Counted from the stretch's first letter, positions 41,811-52,578 are shown. The stretch is 64,000 nt of DNA from a virus (IMGVR_UViG_3300033120_000804:27651-91650); one strand, 5' to 3'. Notes: generated by a model from the letters alone, not told the origin. Made by a program: numbers and translations.

Positions 41811-42048
41811 AATCTGGATCTTTACTTGTTGGTAAACTGATTATATTAGCCCATTTTCCATTCAAATAAAGCCACCTATCAGCATATCCATCTTTAACTC
41901 TTATATTACCACCTTCAATATAGGGAATATTAGTAACAGTTCTTTGTGCCCCATCAGGTATTAAATTACTATTATTATATACAGTACCAATAGGAAACAT
42001 TTGTTTAGCTTTTTCTAATCTTACTTCTAATTCTTCTTCATCAGTCAT
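41797..42048 (-). CDS. Small protein ending DPDYEIY
   Basis: ORF track; A..MFPIGT…WANIISLP (paralog of the previous ORF). Confidence 0.7.
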   Translation of the reverse strand: MTDEEELEVRLEKAKQMFPIGTVYNNSNLIPDGAQRTVTNIPYIEGGNIRVKDGYADRWLYLNGKWANIISLPTSKDPDYEIY

Positions 42049-42345
42049 ATTTTAATTTTTTAATTTTATTATCTAAATCTTTATTCCATTTATAATGAAG
42101 TCTATTAATAGAATCTTGTTCTTTCTCTCTTTTTAATTCTACATATTTATCATACTTTTTAGCTGTATCAGATTTATTATATTCATGTACTGAATTACCA
42201 AGTCCTATAATTGAAAATATTAAAATCACAAACCCTAATATTGCAGCGCTATCTGCATCTTCATGATATGAAACTATTCCCCAATTAATTACAATTATTG
42301 CTAGAATGACAAATACTAATGATGCTATTATACTATCCATAACTT

Positions 42346-43266
42346 TTACTCTTTTAATTTTTTAATTGTACTACCATCCTCATAAGTAATTATTATTACT
42401 CCAGAGTAATTATCATCAATACTTTGACCTAATAAGTTAGTAATACTAATTATTTTAATCTTACCAGTTCTATTATCTATTGATACAATCTCATTTTCAT
42501 AAACCATTTTAGAACCATCTAAATTAGTCTGTGACAGTCTATAGTAATTAATTACTTCTTGAAAATTACTATCATATACTACATAAGTATCTGAATTAGT
42601 AGCTGTAATATTATTAATTACTTCCCATTGTGTACCATTTGTACTTCTTTCTAATGTATAGTAGTCACAATCATTTTCAGACTCAATTAACCATACTAAT
42701 TTATTTTCTTTAGGTTGTTTATACCCCTTAAAAGATATTAGATTAATTGGCAGAACAACATTGCAATTAATATCAAAATCAGTTATCTTATAGCCAGAAT
42801 AATTAAAAACCCAATCTGAATCAAAAATAAATCTAAACATAAATGTTGTAGAAGTTGGAACTATAATTGCAGGAATAGTTGTACCTGCACCAAAATTACC
42901 AGTCCAACCTACTCCTATACCATAAGGATTTATCCAAGTTGCTCCACCATTTAAAGAGTATTCAATAAATAAGAAATCATATCCATATTCAGCATTACCA
43001 CTTGCTGTAAAAGTTATTGAAACAGATGACGCATTGCCACATGTAGTATTTCTAATAGGGGATGTATAAATTGAAAATTCAGTATCATTGTAATTACCAT
43101 TACAATTGGTAGTAACAACTGCACACCCAGCTCTCCATTGCAAATCTTTATTACCATCTCCGCCTGAACTATTCCAACCTGGATCAACTCCTGTAGTCCA
43201 ACTGTAGGGTAATTGACTTAATACTACAAATGGTATTAAGAATAATAGTATTATTAATTTATTCAT
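42346..43266 (-). CDS. Secreted Bacteroidota-type protein with T9SS-cargo-like C-terminal domains
   Basis: Signal peptide, beta-sandwich domain (YDFLFIEYSLNGGATW), VLPINLISFKG…YTLERS…YYRLSQTNLDG Ig-like module, and a TNLLGQ…YEDGSTIKK terminal domain. Confidence 0.75.
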   Translation of the reverse strand: MNKLIILLFLIPFVVLSQLPYSWTTGVDPGWNSSGGDGNKDLQWRAGCAVVTTNCNGNYNDTEFSIYTSPIRNTTCGNASSVSITFTASGNAEYGYDFLFIEYSLNGGATWINPYGIGVGWTGNFGAGTTIPAIIVPTSTTFMFRFIFDSDWVFNYSGYKITDFDINCNVVLPINLISFKGYKQPKENKLVWLIESENDCDYYTLERSTNGTQWEVINNITATNSDTYVVYDSNFQEVINYYRLSQTNLDGSKMVYENEIVSIDNRTGKIKIISITNLLGQSIDDNYSGVIIITYEDGSTIKKLKE

Positions 43267-44301
43267 AGTTTAATTTTTTAAAAAACTGTTCAATTTTGTT
43301 CAAATGCTTAACTCCATGACCAATATCATGGTAATGATCCTTTAGTTTTGTAATTTCTATCCTACTTTCTTTTAACAACTCCAACAGTTCGTCGCGTTGG
43401 TGTTTTAAGACGGTAATATCCTGTGATAATTCTGCAACAGCGAATACCACTTGTTCATTAGAGTAATCCACCGCTATTTGGATGCATCTTTTGGCTTGTT
43501 GATAATAGTCATCATCTTTCATCGATGGACAAGTAAAGTCCATTGATTGTTGAACATATAAGAGACTAATTCCTGAAATTTCAGAATACATCTTCTCCAC
43601 CAGTTTGGGAGGTAGTTGGTTTGATTTCATGGTCTTTTTATCTTAATTTTAGTTAGAACTTTAATAACTCTTAAACCTAATTTACTGTAAGTAGGTATAT
43701 TATTAATTGTAAATTTTCTTTTCATATTAGTATTTTTAAAAATCATAATACTTAGCTAAAATATATGCTGCGCTTATAAAAAATCCAACAGTTCCTAGAA
43801 ATAATAAAATCTCTCTACAATATTTATATATTAAAACACTGGCTCCAAATAAAAATGCTATTATAAAGCATAATATTATAAGATATAATACAGAAGCTAG
43901 AATTTTGTCATACCAAGGAGTATTTATAAATGGTTTTAATAGTTTTTTCATTTTCTTTATTTAATGTTAAAAATAACCCAAAGTGTATTACACTTAATAG
44001 GAAGTCCATTACTGGCCTGAGTATTCGTTACTAAACTCATTACTTTGGGTTATTAAAAGATTCTCTAATCCATTGCCATCTGGACTATATTAATGGAGAT
44101 TAAGATATTTTCTTTATCCACACCTTTCTATTTACCTAGGTTTAATACAGCTTTCAATAAACAACCTACTTTTTGGCAAGTAGTATAATATAGTAGTTCT
44201 TGCATACTATTTGATGAGATATGTAGGCTAGAAGCCAGCTTTACTCATGCTCTATATTACTGTTTATTATTAAGTTAGAGAATCTTTATTATCTAATTCT
44301 T

Positions 44302-45051
44302 TTATAAGTTTTCTTCAATCCATTTATTAACTTCTTTGTAATCATGATGATCACCTTTAAATTTAGATAGCTTTAATAAAAGATTTTTAGTTTCCTCTCT
44401 AGTCCAACTATCTTTAATTGGTTTAATAGTAATACAACTATGAGAATCTGTTTTAAAAGTACCACAATCCTCTCCTTCAGTTGCACAATTTATACAGCTT
44501 TCTGTGTATTCAACCAAAATCTTCTCAATTTTATTTCCTTTGTTAAATTCCTCAATATACTTTTGTATAAATTGTTTTGAAGGTTGTGGGAGTAATTTTG
44601 GATTTCCAGTACCAGAGCATTCATTACAATAACCTGATTGATCTCCTCCATACCCATTACATTTAATACACTCTTCATTTAATTTTAAAGAAGAATCTGT
44701 TGTTGCAATTATCTTTCTAACATCATCTTGAGAATTCAAAAATTCAGGATTTACAAACGCTTTAGATTTATTACATTGGAACGGTTTTGAATATTTTGTA
44801 TCTCTATTCATTGCTATGCACCAATCACCCTCTTTAATTTCTTCATCAGAAACTATGTAAAGATGTATCTCTCTACTATATTTTTTACTCCATGGTAAAT
44901 TTGTAATATACAATTCTTTTAAATTATGTCTTACAATAGTATAATGATCTTTTAGTTCTGGATCAAACTGTGTGTATATTCGATTTGTTGGAATTATAAC
45001 TACATTACATTCTTGATAATACTTACCATTGATTTCTTTAAGTTTGTTCAT
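44302..45051 (-). CDS. Hypothetical protein with an inserted CxxCxGxG Zn finger
   Basis: CIKCNGYGG…CNECSGTG. Confidence 0.6.
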   Translation of the reverse strand: MNKLKEINGKYYQECNVVIIPTNRIYTQFDPELKDHYTIVRHNLKELYITNLPWSKKYSREIHLYIVSDEEIKEGDWCIAMNRDTKYSKPFQCNKSKAFVNPEFLNSQDDVRKIIATTDSSLKLNEECIKCNGYGGDQSGYCNECSGTGNPKLLPQPSKQFIQKYIEEFNKGNKIEKILVEYTESCINCATEGEDCGTFKTDSHSCITIKPIKDSWTREETKNLLLKLSKFKGDHHDYKEVNKWIEENL

Positions 45052-45462
45052 AACTATTAACTTTTAGATTTATAATTTTAATTTATTTAATATTTTTAAT
45101 TTTTATTATTTCATCTCCTCTTATAGTAAGCAATTGATTATTAATTATCATTGTAGATTCTTCAAACTTAACTACTTCTTCTTGATATTCAGGTAATTTT
45201 AGAATGTATTTCTTAAATTCTTCGATTGATATTGCTTTACAATCTTCATGTTTATAAGCATTTTTAACGGTTCTAGAACCATTATATGTATCACCATAAA
45301 CAGAAATATAATAAACCATTGGGTAATTCTCTTTTATATAACTTTTATCCCAGTAGCCTTTATCAGGGAGACTTAATATATAATTAGAAATTAAATCTGA
45401 ATCCTCTTTATTAGTTGCTCTATCTACTTCCCATTTAATTGGTATATTATTTTCATCAATCA

Positions 45463-45807
45463 TTATAATACTCTATTAATTGCAGGTTTCTTTCTATATT
45501 TAATAGTATAAGTTATTGAAACTCCTCCAACTAATCCTCCAATTGCGGTCCATAAGATGTCTCTATCATCCGCAAAAGTTTTCTTTACGTATTGATCATA
45601 AGCTTCTTTGCCCACTGCAATTAATGTTGAAGTAGTAGTTGATACTAAAATACAAGCAAACTTGTTATCTTTTAATTCAGTTTTTTTGATTATTAATGAT
45701 GTAATACCTCCTATTAAAACTCCAGCACCAAAGTGCAATACTTTATCTTTTTGAATTTGAGCATTTGCTACATTAGAAAGTAGTAATGCTAATATTAATA
45801 TTTTCAT
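45463..45807 (-). CDS. Membrane protein, DKxxH…KE..D type (VanZ/YfiM-like)
   Basis: DKVLHFGAG…GKEAYD…D..DILWTAIGG. Confidence 0.55.
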   Translation of the reverse strand: MKILILALLLSNVANAQIQKDKVLHFGAGVLIGGITSLIIKKTELKDNKFACILVSTTTSTLIAVGKEAYDQYVKKTFADDRDILWTAIGGLVGGVSITYTIKYRKKPAINRVL

Positions 45808-47100
45808 AATATTGTTTTAGTTGATTAATATTATAATTTAGTTATTAAATTATATAGATTATTTAGTATATTTAAATTTCCAACCAGCTTCTTGCATATC
45901 TTTAATTGTAAGGTAGTTTTTCATCTTTTTTCTATATCTTTTTTGTCCTGGAAAATGTTTATAAAATAGTTCTAGTTCATTTTCATTAGCTTTACGTAAT
46001 TCTTGTATACAACTAATATCCATAAAAAGAGTAGAATCTTGGTAAGTCTCTTCATCTCCAATACAGAGTCCTGAAGATGTACCAATAGGATTTCCTTTAA
46101 ATAACCATTCATATGCAGAAAGAGCATAAAATATATCAGTTTCATTTAATATTGAAAAGTCTACTTTACTCATATTACATATCTCTTAATAAGACTAATG
46201 TTTCATAATCTTCTTATTCTAAACATTTTTCTTTGAATGATTCAATATTATTTATTGATACAAATTCACTAGCAGCCGTCCATTTTAATCCTTGATTAAG
46301 TTGCAACCAATCACAATTACATTTTACTATTTCATTATCATCTTCAATTTTCTGTCCTATATTTATTAATTGTATTCCACAATAACCACAATAAGACACA
46401 GCTTTTACTATATATGTATTACCTTTTTTACGTTGTTGACTTCTTTTATCTGAAGAAGTACTTGTAGCAAGTACTTCATCTCCTACTTTGTGTTTTATAC
46501 TATTCATATTAGTTAATTTACTGTTGCCAAGTAATCACCATTGATTCTAATTTATCTCCTAGTAAAGGACTTCCATAGTTTTCAAACTTCATTTTTATTT
46601 TTGGTTCTACTTCTAATCCATTAGGATACTCAATGATTAAAGGTAATTCTCTTTTATCTTCACTTATTTTTTGTAGTTCTTCTATAAATTTATTTATTGT
46701 CATAATAATTAGCTATTTAATTAAAGTTATTTAAATTTTTGAATTTCTTTTAGTATTTCATCAAATAAATCTGGTGTTGGATATGAGTTTAGATATTTAT
46801 TATTTATTTTAATTATGGGCCAAGTAATTGCTATTTTACAGGGAGAGCCCATTAATCCTATTGTACAAGTGTTTCCATATTCATCTGTATAACCTCTTCC
46901 ACAATTATCGTATGTACTAAATTCTTTTGGCTTACCTACAGTTTGTTTAAAACCATTATCAATAAGAAATAACTCAAATCCAGATGGTTTAAATGTACTT
47001 GTAAATAGTTCAGTTAGATGTTCTCTATAAGCCCAATATACTTTAAAAGACTTAAATGAATAGTAACCTTTGCCATTTATCCAATGTCTCCAAGTATGTT

Positions 47101-47361
47101 TCATGGTTTATAATCTTTTTTCATTTCAATGTAACCATCTATAGTATTACACTTTATTTCAAAACCTAAGTTTATATAAAACTCTAATAATGTAGGCCAA
47201 CATTCTAATGCTATTGGTAGCTGATATTGTTTTTGAAGATTATTTAATATTCTTCTACAATATCCTTTTCTTTGATATTCTTTGTTTACACTAATATGAT
47301 TAATAAATATTACATCACAAATATCATAATCAATAGTGTATATTTTATTGGTTGTTCTCAT
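47101..47361 (-). CDS. GNAT acetyltransferase
   Basis: ISVNKEYQRKGY (motif A) and FYINLGF. Confidence 0.75.
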   Translation of the reverse strand: MRTTNKIYTIDYDICDVIFINHISVNKEYQRKGYCRRILNNLQKQYQLPIALECWPTLLEFYINLGFEIKCNTIDGYIEMKKDYKP

Positions 47362-48134
47362 GACGTAATAGTTTAAATTAAGTTTTAATAGTTTTTTCTA
47401 CTGGTACATATCCTCTTTCATTAATAATTTTAAGCAACTCATATGCTAAACTATTAACTTGTGATTCAGATAATTGAATTACTTCTTTGTTATTCACTAT
47501 GATAACAGCAGTATTTTTAGGAGTAATTATCTTATTCTCCATTAATCTTAATGAGGTTTCTTTGTTATTTATGCTGTAAACTGGAAACCAATCAGTTTTT
47601 TCTTCACTGTCATCCATTATACTTTTTTTATAAATTGTTTATATGTAGGACTTTCTTTGTGTACAACTTCATGATTAGTTTTGCCACATTTACATTGAGT
47701 AATTAGAGAAGCTGTAGTTTCATTTCTATCTATGTTGTATAGTCTAATAGAAAAGTTACAATAGTGTTTTTTAAATATCATTAGCTATGTAATTAATAAA
47801 TTTAGTTTATACCTATTTTAATAGTGTTTAAATAGTGTAAGAATATATGATAATCTTTAGAATTAAAATCATCTTCTTTGATATTAAGTTCAATATTACT
47901 AAGCATATGAGCTTCAAAATGTCTTATATAATGAGCAGATATATACTTTTGTTCAGAGACAAATTTATGTTTTAATTCAGTTAATGACTTAGTAGATACT
48001 TGCCATATATTGTTAGTTATTATTTTATCTTTTGTAATCATTAGCTATATAATTAGAATGATTTAGTTATTTATGGTTTAGGTTATTGGTTTGATTATAT
48101 GTTTGAGTATCAGGATATCAGTTTTAATCACAAA

Positions 48135-48636
48135 CTAATCAAATAAATCTGTACAATCTACAATATAAAGTATTATTGCAGCCAGGATAATAAGTATAAA
48201 TAGACTCATATAGTTTTTATATTTATTATTATTCAAAAATATCAGTAGTCACTGCAATATATATACATACAGCTATAAATAACATTATTATTAGAAATTC
48301 CATAGTTAATCAATTAAAAGGTGTAGTATAACTCTTATTACCAGTATACTGAGGAGGAAAATTACTAATAGTAGCTTTAATACCACCAGCTTTATTAATA
48401 TCCTCCTTGTGTTCTAAATTAGGAATACCTAATATCTTTTGTTTAAATTTTTTAAATAGTTTCATAATTAAAAGTTTTTATATTTAGTCATCACTTAAAA
48501 TGATGGCTACAAATGTTAATATTAATATTAATGCTAGTCCTAACATAGTTTTAAAGTTTTAATCATTGTAAAATAATATATCTAAGATCACAATTACAAT
48601 ACATATTAATAGAAATGTAAATAGTAAATTTATCAT
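48135..48636 (-). CDS. Cluster of micro-ORFs: 48559-48636, 48484-48546, 48310-48465, 48229-48303, 48135-48209 (four are single-TM peptides)
   Basis: Translated by hand: MINLLFTFLLICIVIVILDILFYND; MLGLALILILTFVAIILSDD; MEFLIIMLFIAVCIYIAVTTDIFE; MSLFILIILAAIILYIVDCTDLFD. Confidence 0.6.
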
Positions 48637-49924
48637 ATTTTTATATTTAATAGTAAGTTAAAAAAGAACCACATCAATAATTAAATCAATGTGGTTCAAA
48701 TACAAGCTTACTCCACCTACAATATTGAAGCTCTTGTACATTTATAACACAAGCAAAAATCAAATGCAATTGTCTAGATTAAATTAATAAAAGACTTGTG
48801 TTAATATCTATTTCTGAGGATAATAATACTCATACAAAGTTAAATCATACATAATAATAAGTTTTAGGTTAAACAATTAGATACAGCTATTGTATCTTTT
48901 AAATAAGAAATAAAGACTTCCTAAGGTTGCACCTTAGATCTCTAATATTTGAACTACCAGTTAACCTGGATTCCCTGCAATTGGAAGAAGTCTTTATATT
49001 ATAGTAGCCATACCAATAGTCCACTATATTTTAAATGAGGTAAGGAGAATATCTTATAAAGCAATTAATCAATTAAGTATTAACCGAGATATAAGCATAC
49101 TCTCCAAACATTTTTAATTAGTATTTATCTTTTATAAAAGAAAACAATAAGTATATTCATGGTTTTTTTATAAGGCCAAACTAGAGCCAAGAGCCTTACT
49201 CACAAGGGTAGCTTTTATCATTTGGTGATCAATCCAAACTATACTAGATTTTTATACTTATTATTCTCTTTTAAGATTATTATATAAATTACGTGCTATC
49301 TGATTTTGGCTCAGAGCTATACTACCAGCAACCTTTCCTTAATTTATATAATATTATTAATAGTTTTTATATTGATCTTTATTAAAACAAGGAAATTAAT
49401 ATAGTTAAGGTTCTCAGAGATACGCTAAAATCTATTGGTCTTATGTTGCGTAGGATGTATCTATTGAGGGTCTTATTTTTACGGTTTATAGTCACTTGAT
49501 ATCAAAGTGAGTTCCTCCTTAACTATATTAATTAAAGCAACCCACTAAGAGTTGCTATTTTGAGTTATTGCAGCAGTTGTAATACAACCGTTTACAATAA
49601 TGAATGTTTTTTTCATGGTGAAGAAATTAAGGGTTTAAACACTATCTAAATACCATATTTAGATTAATTTAATGAATACCAAACTGCCTGAGGATACTCT
49701 GTATCTTCTAAGAACAAAAGATAAAACTCCCACATGAGATTATCCTTTACTGTGGTATTTAACTTTGACTAAGAGCAATGCTCCAAATACTGTGAAGAAT
49801 ACTACTCCAAAAAGAATTGATTCCATATGTTGAACTTTAATTGATTACAATTTAATAATAAAGGAGAGCAGCTAACGATACCAAACTACTCTCCTCTACT
49901 TAATCAAGGACTTGAACTAAGCCC

Positions 49925-50383
49925 TTAAAATACTTGTCCTGCTTCACCTGATACAACAGCTGGAGCAGCAACACCTGCATCAGCAGTAATAAGTTGATCA
50001 GCTACATTAGCAGCCTCAACAGAATCTTGTAAGAACACTGGTTGTCCACCTACGAAGATATTCTCCTTAGTTTGAGGATTCATCTTTTGACGATGACCTT
50101 CATACTGAGGAATGTTAGTCTCTTTGCGCGCAATACGCAATTCAGTACCCAACAATGCAGAAAGATCAGCACCTTCCTTAAGATTCAACTTATTTAGTAA
50201 TACTAATGGAGCGCGGAAATAAGCAGCACGAGAGCGCTCATTAATGATACCATTAGTCATAGTAAATGACGTTGATTTAACCATAACACTACCCCATTCA
50301 GGTTTAGTTGTTGAAGGACGAATAATTGCATGTTTAGCTGTGCCATCCTCATTTTTAGGGATGCATACGATAACTTTGCTCAT
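49925..50383 (-). CDS. First gene of the leftward (early) block, possible OB-fold protein
   Basis: 152 aa, beta-rich, higher GC with frequent CGT/CGC codons, at the strand switch. Confidence 0.6.
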   Translation of the reverse strand: MSKVIVCIPKNEDGTAKHAIIRPSTTKPEWGSVMVKSTSFTMTNGIINERSRAAYFRAPLVLLNKLNLKEGADLSALLGTELRIARKETNIPQYEGHRQKMNPQTKENIFVGGQPVFLQDSVEAANVADQLITADAGVAAPAVVSGEAGQVF

Positions 50384-50596
50384 AATTGAAATAATTAAAT
50401 AGAATTAAATTTACCTTATTTACCATATATAAGGCAGGGGTATTTTACCACCAAGATGTGTAAGGGGTGGCTTTTAGGTAGGTGGTCCTCAATTAAAATC
50501 CCATAAAAATTTTAAAAAATCTAAAAATAAAATTCCAAAAAAATATTTCTATAAAAAAATTATTGACATTTCCAACAAATAATTAAAAATATAAAC

Positions 50597-50604
50597 TACC
50601 TTTG
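50597..50604 (+). promoter_or_regulatory. Bacteroidota sigma-A -7 promoter element (TAnnTTTG). Further copies at 51226, 52589, 53379, 61118, 30265 (+) and 18425-18432 (-).
   Basis: TACCTTTG/TATATTTG/TATCTTTG/TATTTTTG upstream of late genes and endonuclease genes. Confidence 0.7.
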
Positions 50605-50627
50605 TAACTTAATTTAAATTAAAAAAT

Positions 50628-51185
50628 ATGGGTGCAAATAACCTTAATAAAAAAGCTTTAAAAAAACAAATTCCTCAAACAACAGAAGGACTAATATTAA
50701 TTGCATTTACATCAAGTTCTGATTTACCAGTAAGTATTAATGCAGATGATGTATTAAGTTTAGCAACAACTCCTACTTTAGATCAAGTAGTTGAAGCAGG
50801 AAATGTAGCTACAGGATCTATTACTGCAAGTTCATTTACAGATAGTAAAGGAGCAGTAAAGCCTTTTAAATATTACACTGGTCAATTATCAAAAGATGCT
50901 ACAACTTCAGACAATATAGTTGATAACCCCAGAGTTAATCAATTATCAGGACCTGTAGTATGGACTAGAGATGGAGTGGGTAACTACAAAGGAACTTTAA
51001 CTAGTGCTTTTCCTCAATCTAAAACAATTATATTATATAATTTTAAAAGAAATGGAGTTTCAACAGAAGCTGTATGTGATTTTACTTATGAATCTGATAA
51101 TATATTACGTTTAAAAATTTATACATCTAATGGAACTACTCCTATAGATGGATTCTTTTTACATTATAATATTATGGTATTTTAA
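50628..51185 (+). CDS. Putative virion/fibre-like protein
   Basis: TPTLDQVVEAGNVAT and WTRDGVGNYKGTL motifs of the kind seen in Bacteroidota phage fibre proteins. Confidence 0.45.
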   Translation: MGANNLNKKALKKQIPQTTEGLILIAFTSSSDLPVSINADDVLSLATTPTLDQVVEAGNVATGSITASSFTDSKGAVKPFKYYTGQLSKDATTSDNIVDNPRVNQLSGPVVWTRDGVGNYKGTLTSAFPQSKTIILYNFKRNGVSTEAVCDFTYESDNILRLKIYTSNGTTPIDGFFLHYNIMVF

Positions 51186-51621
51186 TTAATTATAGCTTTT
51201 ATTTGTTTTATTTAAGAATCTACCTTATATTTGTAGGGTAGATTTCTTTTATCTACTAATTACTCTTCCCAGTAGAACTGGGTTATAACTCACAAAACCT
51301 AATAAAAGATGGAAGTTGTGTTGGATCAGGTAAATGCTTATTATGAGCGTGAACAAAAAACATGTAAGATGAGGTTACGGTTACAGTTTCTGGTGTTGAA
51401 ATGACAGCAGTTTTTGGTGTGTGAAGATTTAAAATTCAAAAAAGGGGAGAGGAAAAGAATTTATAATTATATATTTATGACAACAGAAGATTTAGAAAAA
51501 TTAACTTTAATGTTAATAGAGTTAGATGAATTACAAAAAACTCCAGAATATCAAAAACAACAAAAAGAATCTTTTCTTAGATTTGTATTAACTGGAGAAA
51601 GTAAAATTAAAACATATATAA

Positions 51622-52578
51622 ATGAAAAACATTAAAGTACTAACAATAGATGGAGGGGGAATTCGTGGAGTAGCCATATTACCTCAACTTAGAAAGCTAG
51701 AAAAAGAATTAAAGGGAACTATAGTCAATAATTTTGATTACCTAGGACTTAATTCTACAAGTGGAATTATAGGCGTATTACTAGCCATTGGATACAGTGT
51801 AGATCAAGTAGAAGAGTTCTATTTTAAACATGGAGAAAATATATTTAAGAAAAAACCATTTAGATGGGGAATTTTTAAATCTAAATATGATGTAGACTTC
51901 TTTGAAAAGATACTAGATGAAATTATTGGAGATAAAAAACTATCAGATCTAAATATTAATATAGTTGTATCTGCTACAAATTACTCTAATAGATATGATG
52001 ACAAATTAGTATTCTTATTTAAATCAGAAAGAGCTAGATTAGACCCTTCAGCAGACTTTTATTTAAAAGATGTAGTAAGAGCTACAACAGCTGCTCCTAT
52101 TTACTTCAAAGGCTTTAAAATAACTAGTGTAGATGGTAAAACTAAACTACTATTAGGTGATGGAGGACTTTGTATTAATAATCCTTCACATATGACTTTT
52201 ATTGAAGCTACTAGAAATAATCCTGGTTGTGAAATATCTGTATTATCTTATTCTACTGGTATGAAAATCCCTTCTTTAGATAAGCAACAAAAAGATGAAA
52301 ATAACTTTTATACCAAAGGAATATTGGATAATGTAGATGATGTTATTGATATTCAAATGAAAGCTAATCAAATTATAGCAGATTTTAATATGAGAGCTGC
52401 AGTAGAAGAAAAACGTTGCAAAGCTTATTTAAGACTTAAGACAAACATTTCCTACTCAGATGGTAAAATAGATAATGCTTCCTACAACAATATGTTAGAT
52501 CTAAAGAGAGACGGCCAAGCATCAGCAGAATCTAATAATATGCTTCTTAAACATTTTATTGAAGTAATGAATTATTAA
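51622..52578 (+). CDS. Patatin-like phospholipase
   Basis: DGGGIRG oxyanion loop, ATTAAPIYF, GDGG..NNP. The nucleophile elbow is atypical (LNSTSG). Confidence 0.88.
   Translation: MKNIKVLTIDGGGIRGVAILPQLRKLEKELKGTIVNNFDYLGLNSTSGIIGVLLAIGYSVDQVEEFYFKHGENIFKKKPFRWGIFKSKYDVDFFEKILDEIIGDKKLSDLNINIVVSATNYSNRYDDKLVFLFKSERARLDPSADFYLKDVVRATTAAPIYFKGFKITSVDGKTKLLLGDGGLCINNPSHMTFIEATRNNPGCEISVLSYSTGMKIPSLDKQQKDENNFYTKGILDNVDDVIDIQMKANQIIADFNMRAAVEEKRCKAYLRLKTNISYSDGKIDNASYNNMLDLKRDGQASAESNNMLLKHFIEVMNY

Noticed and set aside
46700-48060. Repeated TTAGCTAT.TAATTA motif (~46709, ~47781, ~48041) as a phage promoter
   Set aside because: Short, AT-rich and directly abutting start codons. It may just be a duplicated translation-initiation region; not enough support.
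48660-49900. CRISPR array
   Set aside because: No direct repeats of constant sequence or spacing, and no cas genes.
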